Below, one piece after another: positions 10,101 to 17,750 of a DNA stretch of 64,000 nucleotides. The stretch covers positions 96,001 to 160,000 of the IMG/VR virus record IMGVR_UViG_3300014208_000026. One strand, given 5' to 3'. The position numbers were made by a program, and so were the translations under genes. Source of the stretch: a virus (lineage: Duplodnaviria; Caudoviricetes). The notes under the pieces are model-generated. The model searched no databases and had not been told where the DNA came from. It was given only the letters and a program-made list of their open reading frames with translations. How positions within the stretch are numbered: position 1 is the first letter of the stretch; the number at the start of each line of letters is the position of its first letter.

Positions 10101-10475
10101 GGTAAGTCTGTGCCTTCTGCTCAGTCTGAGACGGCCCCGAACAACAACATCATCAAGCAGGCTGTCAAGAAGACGGCGGCTCAGTTCTACAACAACACTC
10201 TCTCCGCCATGCTCCGTACCGCTTCTTCGGATGCGGATCTCATGGATCGTGTGGCTGCATTGAATACTGCGTTCGGGATTTCCATCCCCGTGCCTCTGTA
10301 TCGTGCGGCTTTGAAATTCAGCGGTAGGAATACCACGCTGAAGGGTTATGTCGCCTCGTGCGAACGTGCTTTAGGCAGAAAGGTCGAAGCCGGGGAGGCC
10401 AAGACTTTAGTGCGTTTGGGGAAACTGCTGGAGCAGTTCTCCAATAAAACGGCAGCGAAACAGCAATCACGGTAG
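7161..10475 (+). CDS. Prohead maturation protease precursor (1104 aa; about 483 aa after removal of two inteins)
   Basis: Spliced exteins give NF^CEH and LSMG^CTTDFTICTKCG...FIEASWVGKPAF, the His/Ser pattern of HK97-type prohead proteases. Position upstream of scaffold and MCP. Confidence 0.85.
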   Translation: MAFLKFANARIITPDLGGQAGWKKVRTAAKKADVSPDLLEQASGILGKPFNPDDYLLTHCTIVSSVDVEPVPGAKIGKIKENGFTVNRIYGDYRITEDTLEQINANKDAWARGVILKSYQTFRGGQNFCFAPGTEVLMADGTYRPIEKVVAGDEVITHTGEAHKVTQTFVRDFEGPIQALYVDRFKDPLLVTGNHPFRAISVTASQLTSYSGAKLSSQVRYRRDQIVDSLRDGEGHFGKAFPAVREIKTLLAKSAMLAGDIAEAMGHKRTYSSVIIQRVLKRHTDQFFSRPLLVSEYPSLQKGRWCSRVWAVREDAPDLPDTDVKADKDWVAAEHFKAGDFILGPEQKLGQISEPEKATLLGYYLAEGCRLDPHKDYGVCLVFGAHERNLVEHAAKLAEGCFPGTTAHIQNPKNGALRVDLRGSEICKWMVRNGGIYSESKRLHPDVFSWDRESLLRMFAAWMAGDGDHHKGTLRLRGVSVSHELAQQMHRVAELCGIKSSVVFTRQKIGEVCSQVTMVIGGEPRVFNVIPRHHVWTVLVSKDSTPEVTCRNIRWGVPLHVVEDVHKRQEFAWWGGCRVHRVDSNESIPYKGKVHNIEVEEDHSYVVDYGIAVHNCEHIQITELSKGRIIDAVARDVGNSIYVDILIATDRKHTDLIRDIKSGKMGTLSMGCFLPGTQVSLADGSRVAIENVQAGDKVLTHKGRAREVLNKQVREGVWNIRRIQVAGVSAVITATDNHPFYVLRDEWEWIRADELQAGDLLCVPVGDQTASVVLSIESGTYEGPVHNMEVAEDNSYVVEGVAVHNCTTDFTICTKCGHVAVDDTDLCSHIKYEKGNTFYYPDGKKGIVAELCGHSSIDPTGGVYFIEASWVGKPAFLGAVLRNIIEAREVSPSTRKKAMEVLSSLPPQWTTNGRKKAASMYLSAFDDGMDEGTEEAPAESEGAPAESEGAASPWSDLEDKMVQKILQNVEKKLSDQLGPDGKSVPSAQSETAPNNNIIKQAVKKTAAQFYNNTLSAMLRTASSDADLMDRVAALNTAFGISIPVPLYRAALKFSGRNTTLKGYVASCERALGRKVEAGEAKTLVRLGKLLEQFSNKTAAKQQSR
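7545..9005 (+). mobile_element. Intein with LAGLIDADG homing endonuclease (487 aa)
   Basis: Starts CFAPGTEVLMADG; block B VTGNHPF; LLGYYLAEG and AWMAGDG motifs; ends VHNIEVEEDHSYVVDYGIAVHN followed by C+1. Confidence 0.95.
9174..9575 (+). mobile_element. Mini-intein (134 aa, no endonuclease)
   Basis: Starts CFLPGTQVSLADG; block B ATDNHPF; ends VHNMEVAEDNSYVVEGVAVHN followed by C+1. Confidence 0.95.
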
Positions 10476-10490
10476 AAGGAGGAACGAGCA

Positions 10491-11870
10491 ATGAAACGAC
10501 AGCGTAGTACCTGGGTCAAGAAGGCTTCGGCCGCCCCGGCGGTCCCGTTTGAGTCCGGCGGTCACCCTGCTGAGCAGCCCGATCCGAACGAGCACGATTA
10601 CGAGAACGGGGACACCTCGTCTTGGAACGAAGATCCCAAGCCCGGCCCCTACACGCAGAGCGGTCACCCTGCGACCCCCGATGAGGGCATTACTCATCCG
10701 GCCGCCAAGAAGGCTCGCCTTACTCCGAAGCAGGCTGCTGTCATGCAGAAGCGTGCTGAGGTGAAGGCCGCCAAGTGCGTGAAGATGGCGACTGCTTTCC
10801 TCGGCGAAGACGCCGACGAAGGCGACGTTGAGGATCAGGCTCTCGCGTTCATGGATCTCGACGACGCCAAGGTTGAGGCTTCCCTGAATCGCCTGAGCGA
10901 GGATGTCCCTGAGGACGAGGAAGCGGACGACGACGAAGAGGCCATGCTCGCCGCCATGCTCGCCGAGGAAGAGGAGAAGGACGACGAGGCCGACGACGTC
11001 GAGGAAGAGCCTGAGCCCGAGACGGACAAGACCGCTTCGCTGAAGCGGCGTCTCGCCAAGGCGGAAGCTCAGCTTCGCAAGCTGGCCGAAGAGGATGAGC
11101 CTGAGGAAGAGGACGACCCCGAGGTTGCCTCCCTGAAGAAGCGTCTCGCCAAGGTTGAGGCTCTTTTGAAGAAGGCTACCCGTAAGGCCGCCGACGACGA
11201 GCCCGAAACCGAGGAAGAGACCGAGGACAAGACTGCCGGTCAGAACGAGCCCGACGCTTTCTATACCGACAAGGGTAAGGAAGCCGATGATGGCAACGAG
11301 GATCTCGACGACGAAGAGAAGGCCATGCTGGCCGAGATGACCGCTGAGGAAGACGACGGCGACGAGGATCTCGACGACGAAGAGAAGGCCATGCTCGCTG
11401 AGATGCTGGCTGAGGAAGAGACCGAAGAGAAGCCCGAGGAGACTGAGGCTGAGGAGCCCGAGGAAGCCGAAGGCAAAGAAGCCTGCGACGCTTGTGACGG
11501 TACCGGCGAAGACCTCGACGGGATCGATGACATCTTCATCGACGACGCCGATATGGTCCCCGAACTGGAAGAGCCGATTGTCCTTGACGGCGACCCCATG
11601 GGCATGCTGGCCGATGACGTCGAGTTCACCCCGGAAGACGAAGCCGATCTGGCTTCCCTGTACGCTTCTGACGAGACCGAGGAAGTTCCTGTCGAGAAGA
11701 CGGCCCGTGCCAAGACGGCTTCCCGTAAGGTTGCCCCGAAGCCCGTTCCGAAGAAGGTCAGCACTGGTGCCAAGAAGCTCGGTAGCGTCCGTACGGCGTC
11801 GACCGAAGCCAGCTCGCTTGAGAACATCTGGGAAAGCGCTCCGGACGTTTCGGACGTGTTCAACCAGTAG
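10491..11870 (+). CDS. Putative capsid scaffolding protein (459 aa, highly acidic)
   Basis: Between protease and capsid genes; Asp/Glu-rich; repeated coiled coil ASLK[RK]RLAK and EDLDDEEKAMLAEM; hydrophobic C-terminus LENIWESAPDVSDVFNQ. Confidence 0.7.
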   Translation: MKRQRSTWVKKASAAPAVPFESGGHPAEQPDPNEHDYENGDTSSWNEDPKPGPYTQSGHPATPDEGITHPAAKKARLTPKQAAVMQKRAEVKAAKCVKMATAFLGEDADEGDVEDQALAFMDLDDAKVEASLNRLSEDVPEDEEADDDEEAMLAAMLAEEEEKDDEADDVEEEPEPETDKTASLKRRLAKAEAQLRKLAEEDEPEEEDDPEVASLKKRLAKVEALLKKATRKAADDEPETEEETEDKTAGQNEPDAFYTDKGKEADDGNEDLDDEEKAMLAEMTAEEDDGDEDLDDEEKAMLAEMLAEEETEEKPEETEAEEPEEAEGKEACDACDGTGEDLDGIDDIFIDDADMVPELEEPIVLDGDPMGMLADDVEFTPEDEADLASLYASDETEEVPVEKTARAKTASRKVAPKPVPKKVSTGAKKLGSVRTASTEASSLENIWESAPDVSDVFNQ

Positions 11871-11972
11871 TCCTACGACTTTTCGAAATCGGGGCTGAAG
11901 CCTAGTAAGCCCCGAAGTTCGAAGAATCGACAGATGCAAATCAGATTTCGATAAATACCTTCAATTAGATGC

Positions 11973-11992
11973 CTATAAGACAGACGTATTAG
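11973..11992 (+). promoter_or_regulatory. Late-promoter variant CTAT-N12-TTAG upstream of the decoration/MCP genes
   Basis: One mismatch to the recurring motif. Confidence 0.5.
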
Positions 11993-12087
11993 TGGAGAGG
12001 ATGACCTGCTTGGGGTGGGTCACTGGGGAGGGTTGAAAGACCCAAACCACCTCGTACTTCGCTGGTGAACAATGTTCGGAGGAAATC

Positions 12088-12756
12088 ATGCCCCTGAATG
12101 GACAGCCAAGCGGAGGGTGGACTGAGTCGAGTTCGTCTCTTAGGCTTCTGCACGTCGGAGTCCGTAACTCCGTCGGCGAGCTGTGCGACGACGCTTTCAC
12201 GCAGACTAACCCCCCCAACGTGGCAACTGCTGCTGGTGTGAGTGCTCAAGCGGACACTTCGGTGTTTGGTGTCCTGTCCGGCTCGGTCGCGTTCGCGCGT
12301 CCCGACGTCGGATCCAACTTCATTGGTGGACCTGCTCCGATGACCGTCGATGGAACGATCAATCAGACCTTCGTCCGCCCCCTCGGCTGCTTCCTGAATC
12401 ACGCTGTCGGTTATGCGTGGGAAAACCAGCCGGGTCTTGCTTCGGGTAAGGGTCCCTACGTTTCGGCGTGCGGCACTTACGCGAACGCCCTGTTCGAGGA
12501 CAAGTGCATCGCGACGGCGGGTGCCGTCACGGTCGGCGACCCGCTGTACTACATCACGGGTGCCCAGCTTGTCGCTTCGCTGAACGGCTACCTGATGCCC
12601 GCCAACGGGCACACGGGTGGCGTCCTGATCGCCTATGACATTGATGGTCTGGCGTTCCAGGCGACGTTCGGTGCGGCTGCCACCACTGTAATCGGCGTTC
12701 TCAAGATGCCCGCGGATAGCGAGCAGAATGAGATCGTCTATGATCAGCGCATCTAG
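12088..12756 (+). CDS. Putative capsid decoration/cement protein (222 aa)
   Basis: GGAGG RBS; Gly/Ala/Val-rich beta-type sequence; immediately upstream of MCP; strong codon bias. Confidence 0.65.
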   Translation: MPLNGQPSGGWTESSSSLRLLHVGVRNSVGELCDDAFTQTNPPNVATAAGVSAQADTSVFGVLSGSVAFARPDVGSNFIGGPAPMTVDGTINQTFVRPLGCFLNHAVGYAWENQPGLASGKGPYVSACGTYANALFEDKCIATAGAVTVGDPLYYITGAQLVASLNGYLMPANGHTGGVLIAYDIDGLAFQATFGAAATTVIGVLKMPADSEQNEIVYDQRI

Positions 12757-12767
12757 GGAGGTATAAG

Positions 12768-13643
12768 ATGACTAACGTAAGTACCGCCCAGAAGCAAGAG
12801 ATCATCAGTCGCTACATCACCAGCCCCCAGGGCCGCGTCAAGCTGGCTGCCAGCATGACCCAGCCGCTTCGTACTCGGCGTGATTACACGTCGGTCGGCC
12901 GCAAGACTTTCCTGGTCGAGCAGCTTCCCGATGGCGCCTTGCCGCTGTACGATAAGGACCCCGACGTCACGGCGTTCGTGGTCGGCGAAGAAGGCGAGAA
13001 CATCCTGGCGGTCACGAAGCCTCGGCGCGTGATCTTCCCGCTGTTCGAGATCGCTTCGCTCCCCGAGATTCCTCTGACGCAGATCAAAGAACGTCGCTTC
13101 GATCTCATCGAGCGTGCTCAGGATCTGGCCCGTGCTCAGATCCAGGCCGCTGAGGATGAGCGCGTGTTCGCAATTCTGGACGCCATTGCCGTGGCGGGCT
13201 TTGATAGCCTTCCTGGCCAGATGAACCCTGACATCCCCGTCATTGCCCCCATCAGCCCGGCCGTCCTCGCGGATGCGTTCGCTCTGATCGAGGCTCATGA
13301 CCTTCGGGTTGCTCGTGTGTTCATGAATGCCCGCGATTACTCGGACCTGCGTAAGTGGGGCCGTGACATCCTGGACATCGAGTCCCAGGCTGCGCTGCTG
13401 AAGACTGGCCTGATGGCGACCCTCTGGGGCGCTCAGATCATCGTCAGCCGCCTTGTCCCCGTGGGCACCGTGTATGTCACTTGTGAAAGTGACATGTTTG
13501 GACGCATCCCCGTGCGTACGGAACTTACGGTTTTGAGTGCGGACGATCCCCGTGCGCGCACGATTGGGTTCTCCTGCTTCGAAAACCTGGGCATCGGGGC
13601 GTACAACCCCCGTGGCCTCACCCGTCTCACCGTAACCCGCTAG
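12768..13643 (+). CDS. Major capsid protein, HK97 fold (291 aa)
   Basis: GGAGG RBS; PLRTRRDY...GRK...PLFEIASLP...RRFDLIERAQ...AAEDERVF...LWGAQIIVS...ENLGIG pattern of large-phage MCPs; followed by a strong terminator. Confidence 0.9.
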   Translation: MTNVSTAQKQEIISRYITSPQGRVKLAASMTQPLRTRRDYTSVGRKTFLVEQLPDGALPLYDKDPDVTAFVVGEEGENILAVTKPRRVIFPLFEIASLPEIPLTQIKERRFDLIERAQDLARAQIQAAEDERVFAILDAIAVAGFDSLPGQMNPDIPVIAPISPAVLADAFALIEAHDLRVARVFMNARDYSDLRKWGRDILDIESQAALLKTGLMATLWGAQIIVSRLVPVGTVYVTCESDMFGRIPVRTELTVLSADDPRARTIGFSCFENLGIGAYNPRGLTRLTVTR

Positions 13644-13688
13644 TCGGCGTTATTGTTGGGGTTTTTGACCCCGACTGGTGAAACCAAG

Positions 13689-13721
13689 AAAGCCCGGTGG
13701 CTTCGGTCACCGGGCTTTTTT
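13689..13721 (+). terminator. Rho-independent terminator after MCP
   Basis: AAAGCCCGGTGGC-TTCG-GTCACCGGGCTTT stem-loop with T tract. Confidence 0.9.
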
Positions 13722-13974
13722 GTGTCTGAAATAGGGACTCGCTATCCGGGCCTGTTCTTCAAAATCCCCTCATAGCATTTTCCGGTAGATGTTTGTTTAG
13801 ATCCCGATCCGTGCGGGCAGGTTTTAAGCCAGAGCCTCTCAAGGGTCCGGTCTTATTTGTTATCGGATGTTGAACTTTTTTCTGTTGCCCTGCCCCGCTA
13901 TAGAGTATAGTTATAACGGAACAGGAAACCGTCGGTGCCAGTTCAGCCGAGCCCGACCAGGAAAAGGAGTTCAC

Positions 13975-16900
13975 ATGAAGTTGACCCCCGAAATTCTCAA
14001 GGACCTGTATCTGGTGCAGTTGAAAACGGAGACTGAAATTGCCGGTATGTTCGGAACTTCCCAAGTCCAAGTTGGGCGCCTTCGTAAGAAGTGGGGCATA
14101 CCGACTTTGGGTAAGACAGGACGCCTGGAAAAATTGCTGCCTCCAGTTCTAACTTCCGAACAGGAAGAGGTTCTAATAGGGTCTCTGTTAGGGGATGGTT
14201 GTCTTAAAGGTATTTCGGAAAAGACGGCTCTGTACACGGAGACTCACGGACCTTCCCAATACGCCTATCTCGATTGGAAAGCCGAAATATTAGGTCCTTT
14301 TGCTCTAAGTGTTTATCCGACGATGAAAAGAGTAGGGGATAAAGAGTTTCCAGGTAGAGGCTTTACTACGCATGCTAGCACTGTTCTCAGGCCCTATTAC
14401 GATATGTTCTATCCTGCTCCGTCCCGTAAAAAGGTTTTTCCGGTTGATCTCTCCAAGAGGTTGACCCCTCTGGCTCTGGCAGTTTGGTATATGGACGACG
14501 GAAGTCTGGCAGGCACACACACTGCACGAATAGCTTTCGGACTGGACCCTTTAAGTCTGGAAAGGGCTTTACAGGCGCTACGTGATTTAGGGTTCAATCC
14601 TGTAGCCTACGGTAAAAAGGGCAATCAGGCTATTTGGCTCACGGGGGATACTCATCTGTTTTTGGACTTGACCGGCAAATACGTCTCAGAGCACATGCCT
14701 CAAAAGCTACCCTGTTGGACGGAAAGGCAGAAAGGAGATTTGAATGCCGAGAAATTAACACCGGAGCTGGCGGCTGAATTGTATTCTGGAAACTCTACAG
14801 TTGAGGATATTGCTGAAAAGTTCGGTGTCGGTACAAGCACCGTGAAACGCCGTTTGCGGGATGCTGAAACTCCGATGAGACGGTCTGGCCCACGTGATGC
14901 AGAGCCGGGGGATACTGCCATGCAGCCCCTTAGAGTTAAACCGAGTTTTCAGGAATGCGGGGTGGTTTTACCATGCCCTGACTACAACGGCCCTATAGAC
15001 AAGAGCAATTATCAGTGGGCAAAGAAAGCCGGATTGACTCCAGATACTCTACGGGTGATATATGCTAAGTACGGTGATGAAGAGATAGCTGAGCTATTCG
15101 GGGTTTCAGGTGTAGCCGTTGGAGTTCAGCGTAAGAAATGGGGCATTGAAAGTATCAGTGCCAGACAAAGAAGAGACAAGGTGGAACGCAAGGGTTTGCC
15201 CTCGCTCGACAACCTCACGCCTGAAGGGTTGAAGGTTCTTTCCAAAACTATGGGGGACCAGAAGATCGCTGCTATGCACGGAGTACAAAAGCCTGCGGTT
15301 TCTCGACTGAGGGAGCAGTGGGATATAGCGGCAACGTCTAAGTCTGAACGGGCCACTTCTGAAACGATACTGACGGATGAACAGAAAGAAGCCTGTATTG
15401 GAACACTTCTAGGGGACGCTCATCTTACAGAAAGCGGTAGCTTGAGAGTTTCGCACAGCCACGATCAGATCGGGTATCTGAAAGCTTTACGCGCTATTCT
15501 GGTTCCTTACGCTAGACCGATTCATTATTCTGAGTCTAGTATGCCTAGTGGCCAAGTGTGTTTCACTTTCGGTTTCAAGACGGTTCAGCATATGTGGTTG
15601 AAAGAACTCCGTAACATCTTCTATCCAGAGCCGGAAAAGGTGAAAGTATTCCCAGAGAGTATTATCCGCACTTTAACACCCCTATCACTGGCATACTGGT
15701 ATTTCGATGACGGTCACTGGGGTGATGTTCTATATATAGCCTTGGGTCCCATCTCAGATTATGAAAAAGAGTACATTCCAGTTTGGCTGAAAGACCGTTT
15801 TGGCTTTGACTCCTACATAAAGGGGAAACCCAACTGTCGACTGCTGTTCATTCGTGGGGCTTCTCATGAGATTTTCTTCAATCTGATCCGAAACTACGCC
15901 ATTCCAGATATGCTGTACAAGTTCCCGCCGAAGTACCGTCCTGCGGGTATTCTTCCCATCCACCCCGTTAGGACAACGCCGCAAATCAAGATCCCTCCCG
16001 ATCTGCTGGAGGGTTGTGAGGACTGGCTCTCTAAGACCTCTGTACAGCAAGAACAGACAGTCGATGATCTGTGCGGTTTCTGGCGGAGCCAGGGTTTCCC
16101 CCACTGTGAAATCCGCCCCGAGGAGCTGATTACTCTTTTGGAAGTTACTCCGGATCAGATAATCCATGAAGGTGTGATTCGACCCCGACAAGTCGGGCAA
16201 TCCCTTTGTCATGCTTTCATGCCTCATATCTGGAAGGCCCGTTCCAGGAGCAGTGAGCAAAGTCCTTTCGACCTATTCTCTGATGACACTACGCTCAAGG
16301 GAGCTTTGCGGTATCTGTTGGAGAAAGGCAGTAAGCCAACGGCTGCGGGATTGCGCGGGGCTCTTCGTTACTGGAGGTACTCAGGAGTTTACAATTTCCG
16401 GCCCTCCGCAGCTAAGGCTTTGGTGGACACCTATTGCGTTCCTGGAGGCACAGTGTGGGATCCCTGCGCTGGTTACGGCGGGCGTCTCTTGGGTACTTTG
16501 CTGTCCAGGAACTCCCCGAAGTACATTGCTTGCGAACCACAGTCTGAGACCTTCTGCCGACTGCAAGAGTTGGCAGGCTGGTTAGAGAAGTATCTCCCTG
16601 ACATTTCTTCCCGAGTGCAGTTGAACCACGTTCCCGCTGAGGAGTTCAAGTTGCCCGAGTACGTCGACATGGTTTTCACTTCTCCGCCGTACTGGCAGCA
16701 GGAGGTTTACGGAGAGGAAGAGACCCAATCTGGGATTCGGTACAAGACCTATGAGGCGTGGTTAGAGGGCTTCTGGAAGCCCGTGCTTCGACAGGCGGTA
16801 GCAAAGCTGAAAGCTGGTGGCTGGTTGGTTTTGAACGTCGACACTTTCGTTGCCAACCACAAGACCTATGACCTGCCTGGGGACACGATCGCTATCTGCA

Positions 16901-17667
16901 AATCGTTCGGGTTCGACAGGGAGCCGGAGACGTTGCGTTATGCTATGAACGGGGACAATTACGAATCAGTATTGTGTTGGAAGAAAGCGGTGGCTGTGGT
17001 TGAGGATTCTGTTCCCGTTCCCATTCCGTCGGTTCCGAATCAAGTGATTGTTTCCCGTTGTGAAAACTGCGGGATTACGGTTCCTATTGGTGGGATCAAG
17101 GACGGTAAGTGCCCTGAGTGCCGTGTTCCAGGAGGGCACCGGACGTGCTGTAAGGGCTGTGGCGAAGTGTTCCAAGCCGTTCGAAAGGACCGAGAGTTCT
17201 GCGATGAAGCTTGTAGGGCTCGTTGGCGTCGCAGAGAATTCCGCAAAGTCCATCCAGCCAAGACCACCCGCACCTTCACATGCCAGTTCTGTGGCAAGAA
17301 GTGGGAGTCCTCGGAACTTGGATCGCCAAACAAGTGTACCGAGTGTAAGGCCGCCAAGGAACTCGCGAGCCGAACCAAGGTCTGCCAGTACCGTCATTGC
17401 GGCCAGACTTTCGTCGACACGTCGGAAAAGAACAGCATGAGTTACTGTCACGTGGAACACCGCCGCAGAGAGAAGCTTCTTCGTTCCGGAATGGCCCCTG
17501 ATCTGAGCTATTTCACGAAGCCGGATCCCGTGCTCGACACGGCTACTCCTGCAATGCCCGCAAGCACTGACAGCCCGACAAGTCAGCCCAGCGTGTCTGA
17601 CTTGTTTGGCATGCCTCCCCGCTCGGACCCTAAGATCCACAGTTCTGATTCCGACTACTCCATTTAG
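13975..17667 (+). CDS. Fusion: HTH repeats + two LAGLIDADG endonuclease domains + SAM-dependent amino-DNA methyltransferase + C-terminal CxxC zinc fingers (1230 aa)
   Basis: AAGGAG RBS at ATG 13975; LIGSLLGDG...LAVWYMDDG; CIGTLLGDA...LAYWYFDDG; NFRPSAAK; motif I WDPCAGYGG; motif IV FTSPPY; several CxxC pairs. Confidence 0.85.
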   Translation: MKLTPEILKDLYLVQLKTETEIAGMFGTSQVQVGRLRKKWGIPTLGKTGRLEKLLPPVLTSEQEEVLIGSLLGDGCLKGISEKTALYTETHGPSQYAYLDWKAEILGPFALSVYPTMKRVGDKEFPGRGFTTHASTVLRPYYDMFYPAPSRKKVFPVDLSKRLTPLALAVWYMDDGSLAGTHTARIAFGLDPLSLERALQALRDLGFNPVAYGKKGNQAIWLTGDTHLFLDLTGKYVSEHMPQKLPCWTERQKGDLNAEKLTPELAAELYSGNSTVEDIAEKFGVGTSTVKRRLRDAETPMRRSGPRDAEPGDTAMQPLRVKPSFQECGVVLPCPDYNGPIDKSNYQWAKKAGLTPDTLRVIYAKYGDEEIAELFGVSGVAVGVQRKKWGIESISARQRRDKVERKGLPSLDNLTPEGLKVLSKTMGDQKIAAMHGVQKPAVSRLREQWDIAATSKSERATSETILTDEQKEACIGTLLGDAHLTESGSLRVSHSHDQIGYLKALRAILVPYARPIHYSESSMPSGQVCFTFGFKTVQHMWLKELRNIFYPEPEKVKVFPESIIRTLTPLSLAYWYFDDGHWGDVLYIALGPISDYEKEYIPVWLKDRFGFDSYIKGKPNCRLLFIRGASHEIFFNLIRNYAIPDMLYKFPPKYRPAGILPIHPVRTTPQIKIPPDLLEGCEDWLSKTSVQQEQTVDDLCGFWRSQGFPHCEIRPEELITLLEVTPDQIIHEGVIRPRQVGQSLCHAFMPHIWKARSRSSEQSPFDLFSDDTTLKGALRYLLEKGSKPTAAGLRGALRYWRYSGVYNFRPSAAKALVDTYCVPGGTVWDPCAGYGGRLLGTLLSRNSPKYIACEPQSETFCRLQELAGWLEKYLPDISSRVQLNHVPAEEFKLPEYVDMVFTSPPYWQQEVYGEEETQSGIRYKTYEAWLEGFWKPVLRQAVAKLKAGGWLVLNVDTFVANHKTYDLPGDTIAICKSFGFDREPETLRYAMNGDNYESVLCWKKAVAVVEDSVPVPIPSVPNQVIVSRCENCGITVPIGGIKDGKCPECRVPGGHRTCCKGCGEVFQAVRKDREFCDEACRARWRRREFRKVHPAKTTRTFTCQFCGKKWESSELGSPNKCTECKAAKELASRTKVCQYRHCGQTFVDTSEKNSMSYCHVEHRRREKLLRSGMAPDLSYFTKPDPVLDTATPAMPASTDSPTSQPSVSDLFGMPPRSDPKIHSSDSDYSI

Positions 17668-17706
17668 GTTCCCTGGCCTCCTGGCACCTAACCTCCGGTT
17701 ATCCGC

Positions 17707-17726
17707 CTATCCTTTCCTCTCTGTAG
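17707..17726 (+). promoter_or_regulatory. Putative late promoter CTAT-N12-GTAG
   Basis: Exact match to the recurring motif. Confidence 0.65.
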
Positions 17727-17750
17727 GGCCACCTCCCGGGTACTTCGTAA

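Noticed and set aside
10467-11939. 490-aa and 200-aa minus-strand ORFs
   Set aside because: Shadows of the acidic scaffold gene (Leu/Val- or Ser-rich mirror composition).
13867-13974. Longer 5' extensions in the ORF track (13867, also 5864, 19345, 30085, 43044, 47905, 59452, 61852)
   Set aside because: Internal ATGs have clear RBSs or lie just downstream of promoter motifs or upstream stops; the extensions overlap regulatory DNA or other genes.
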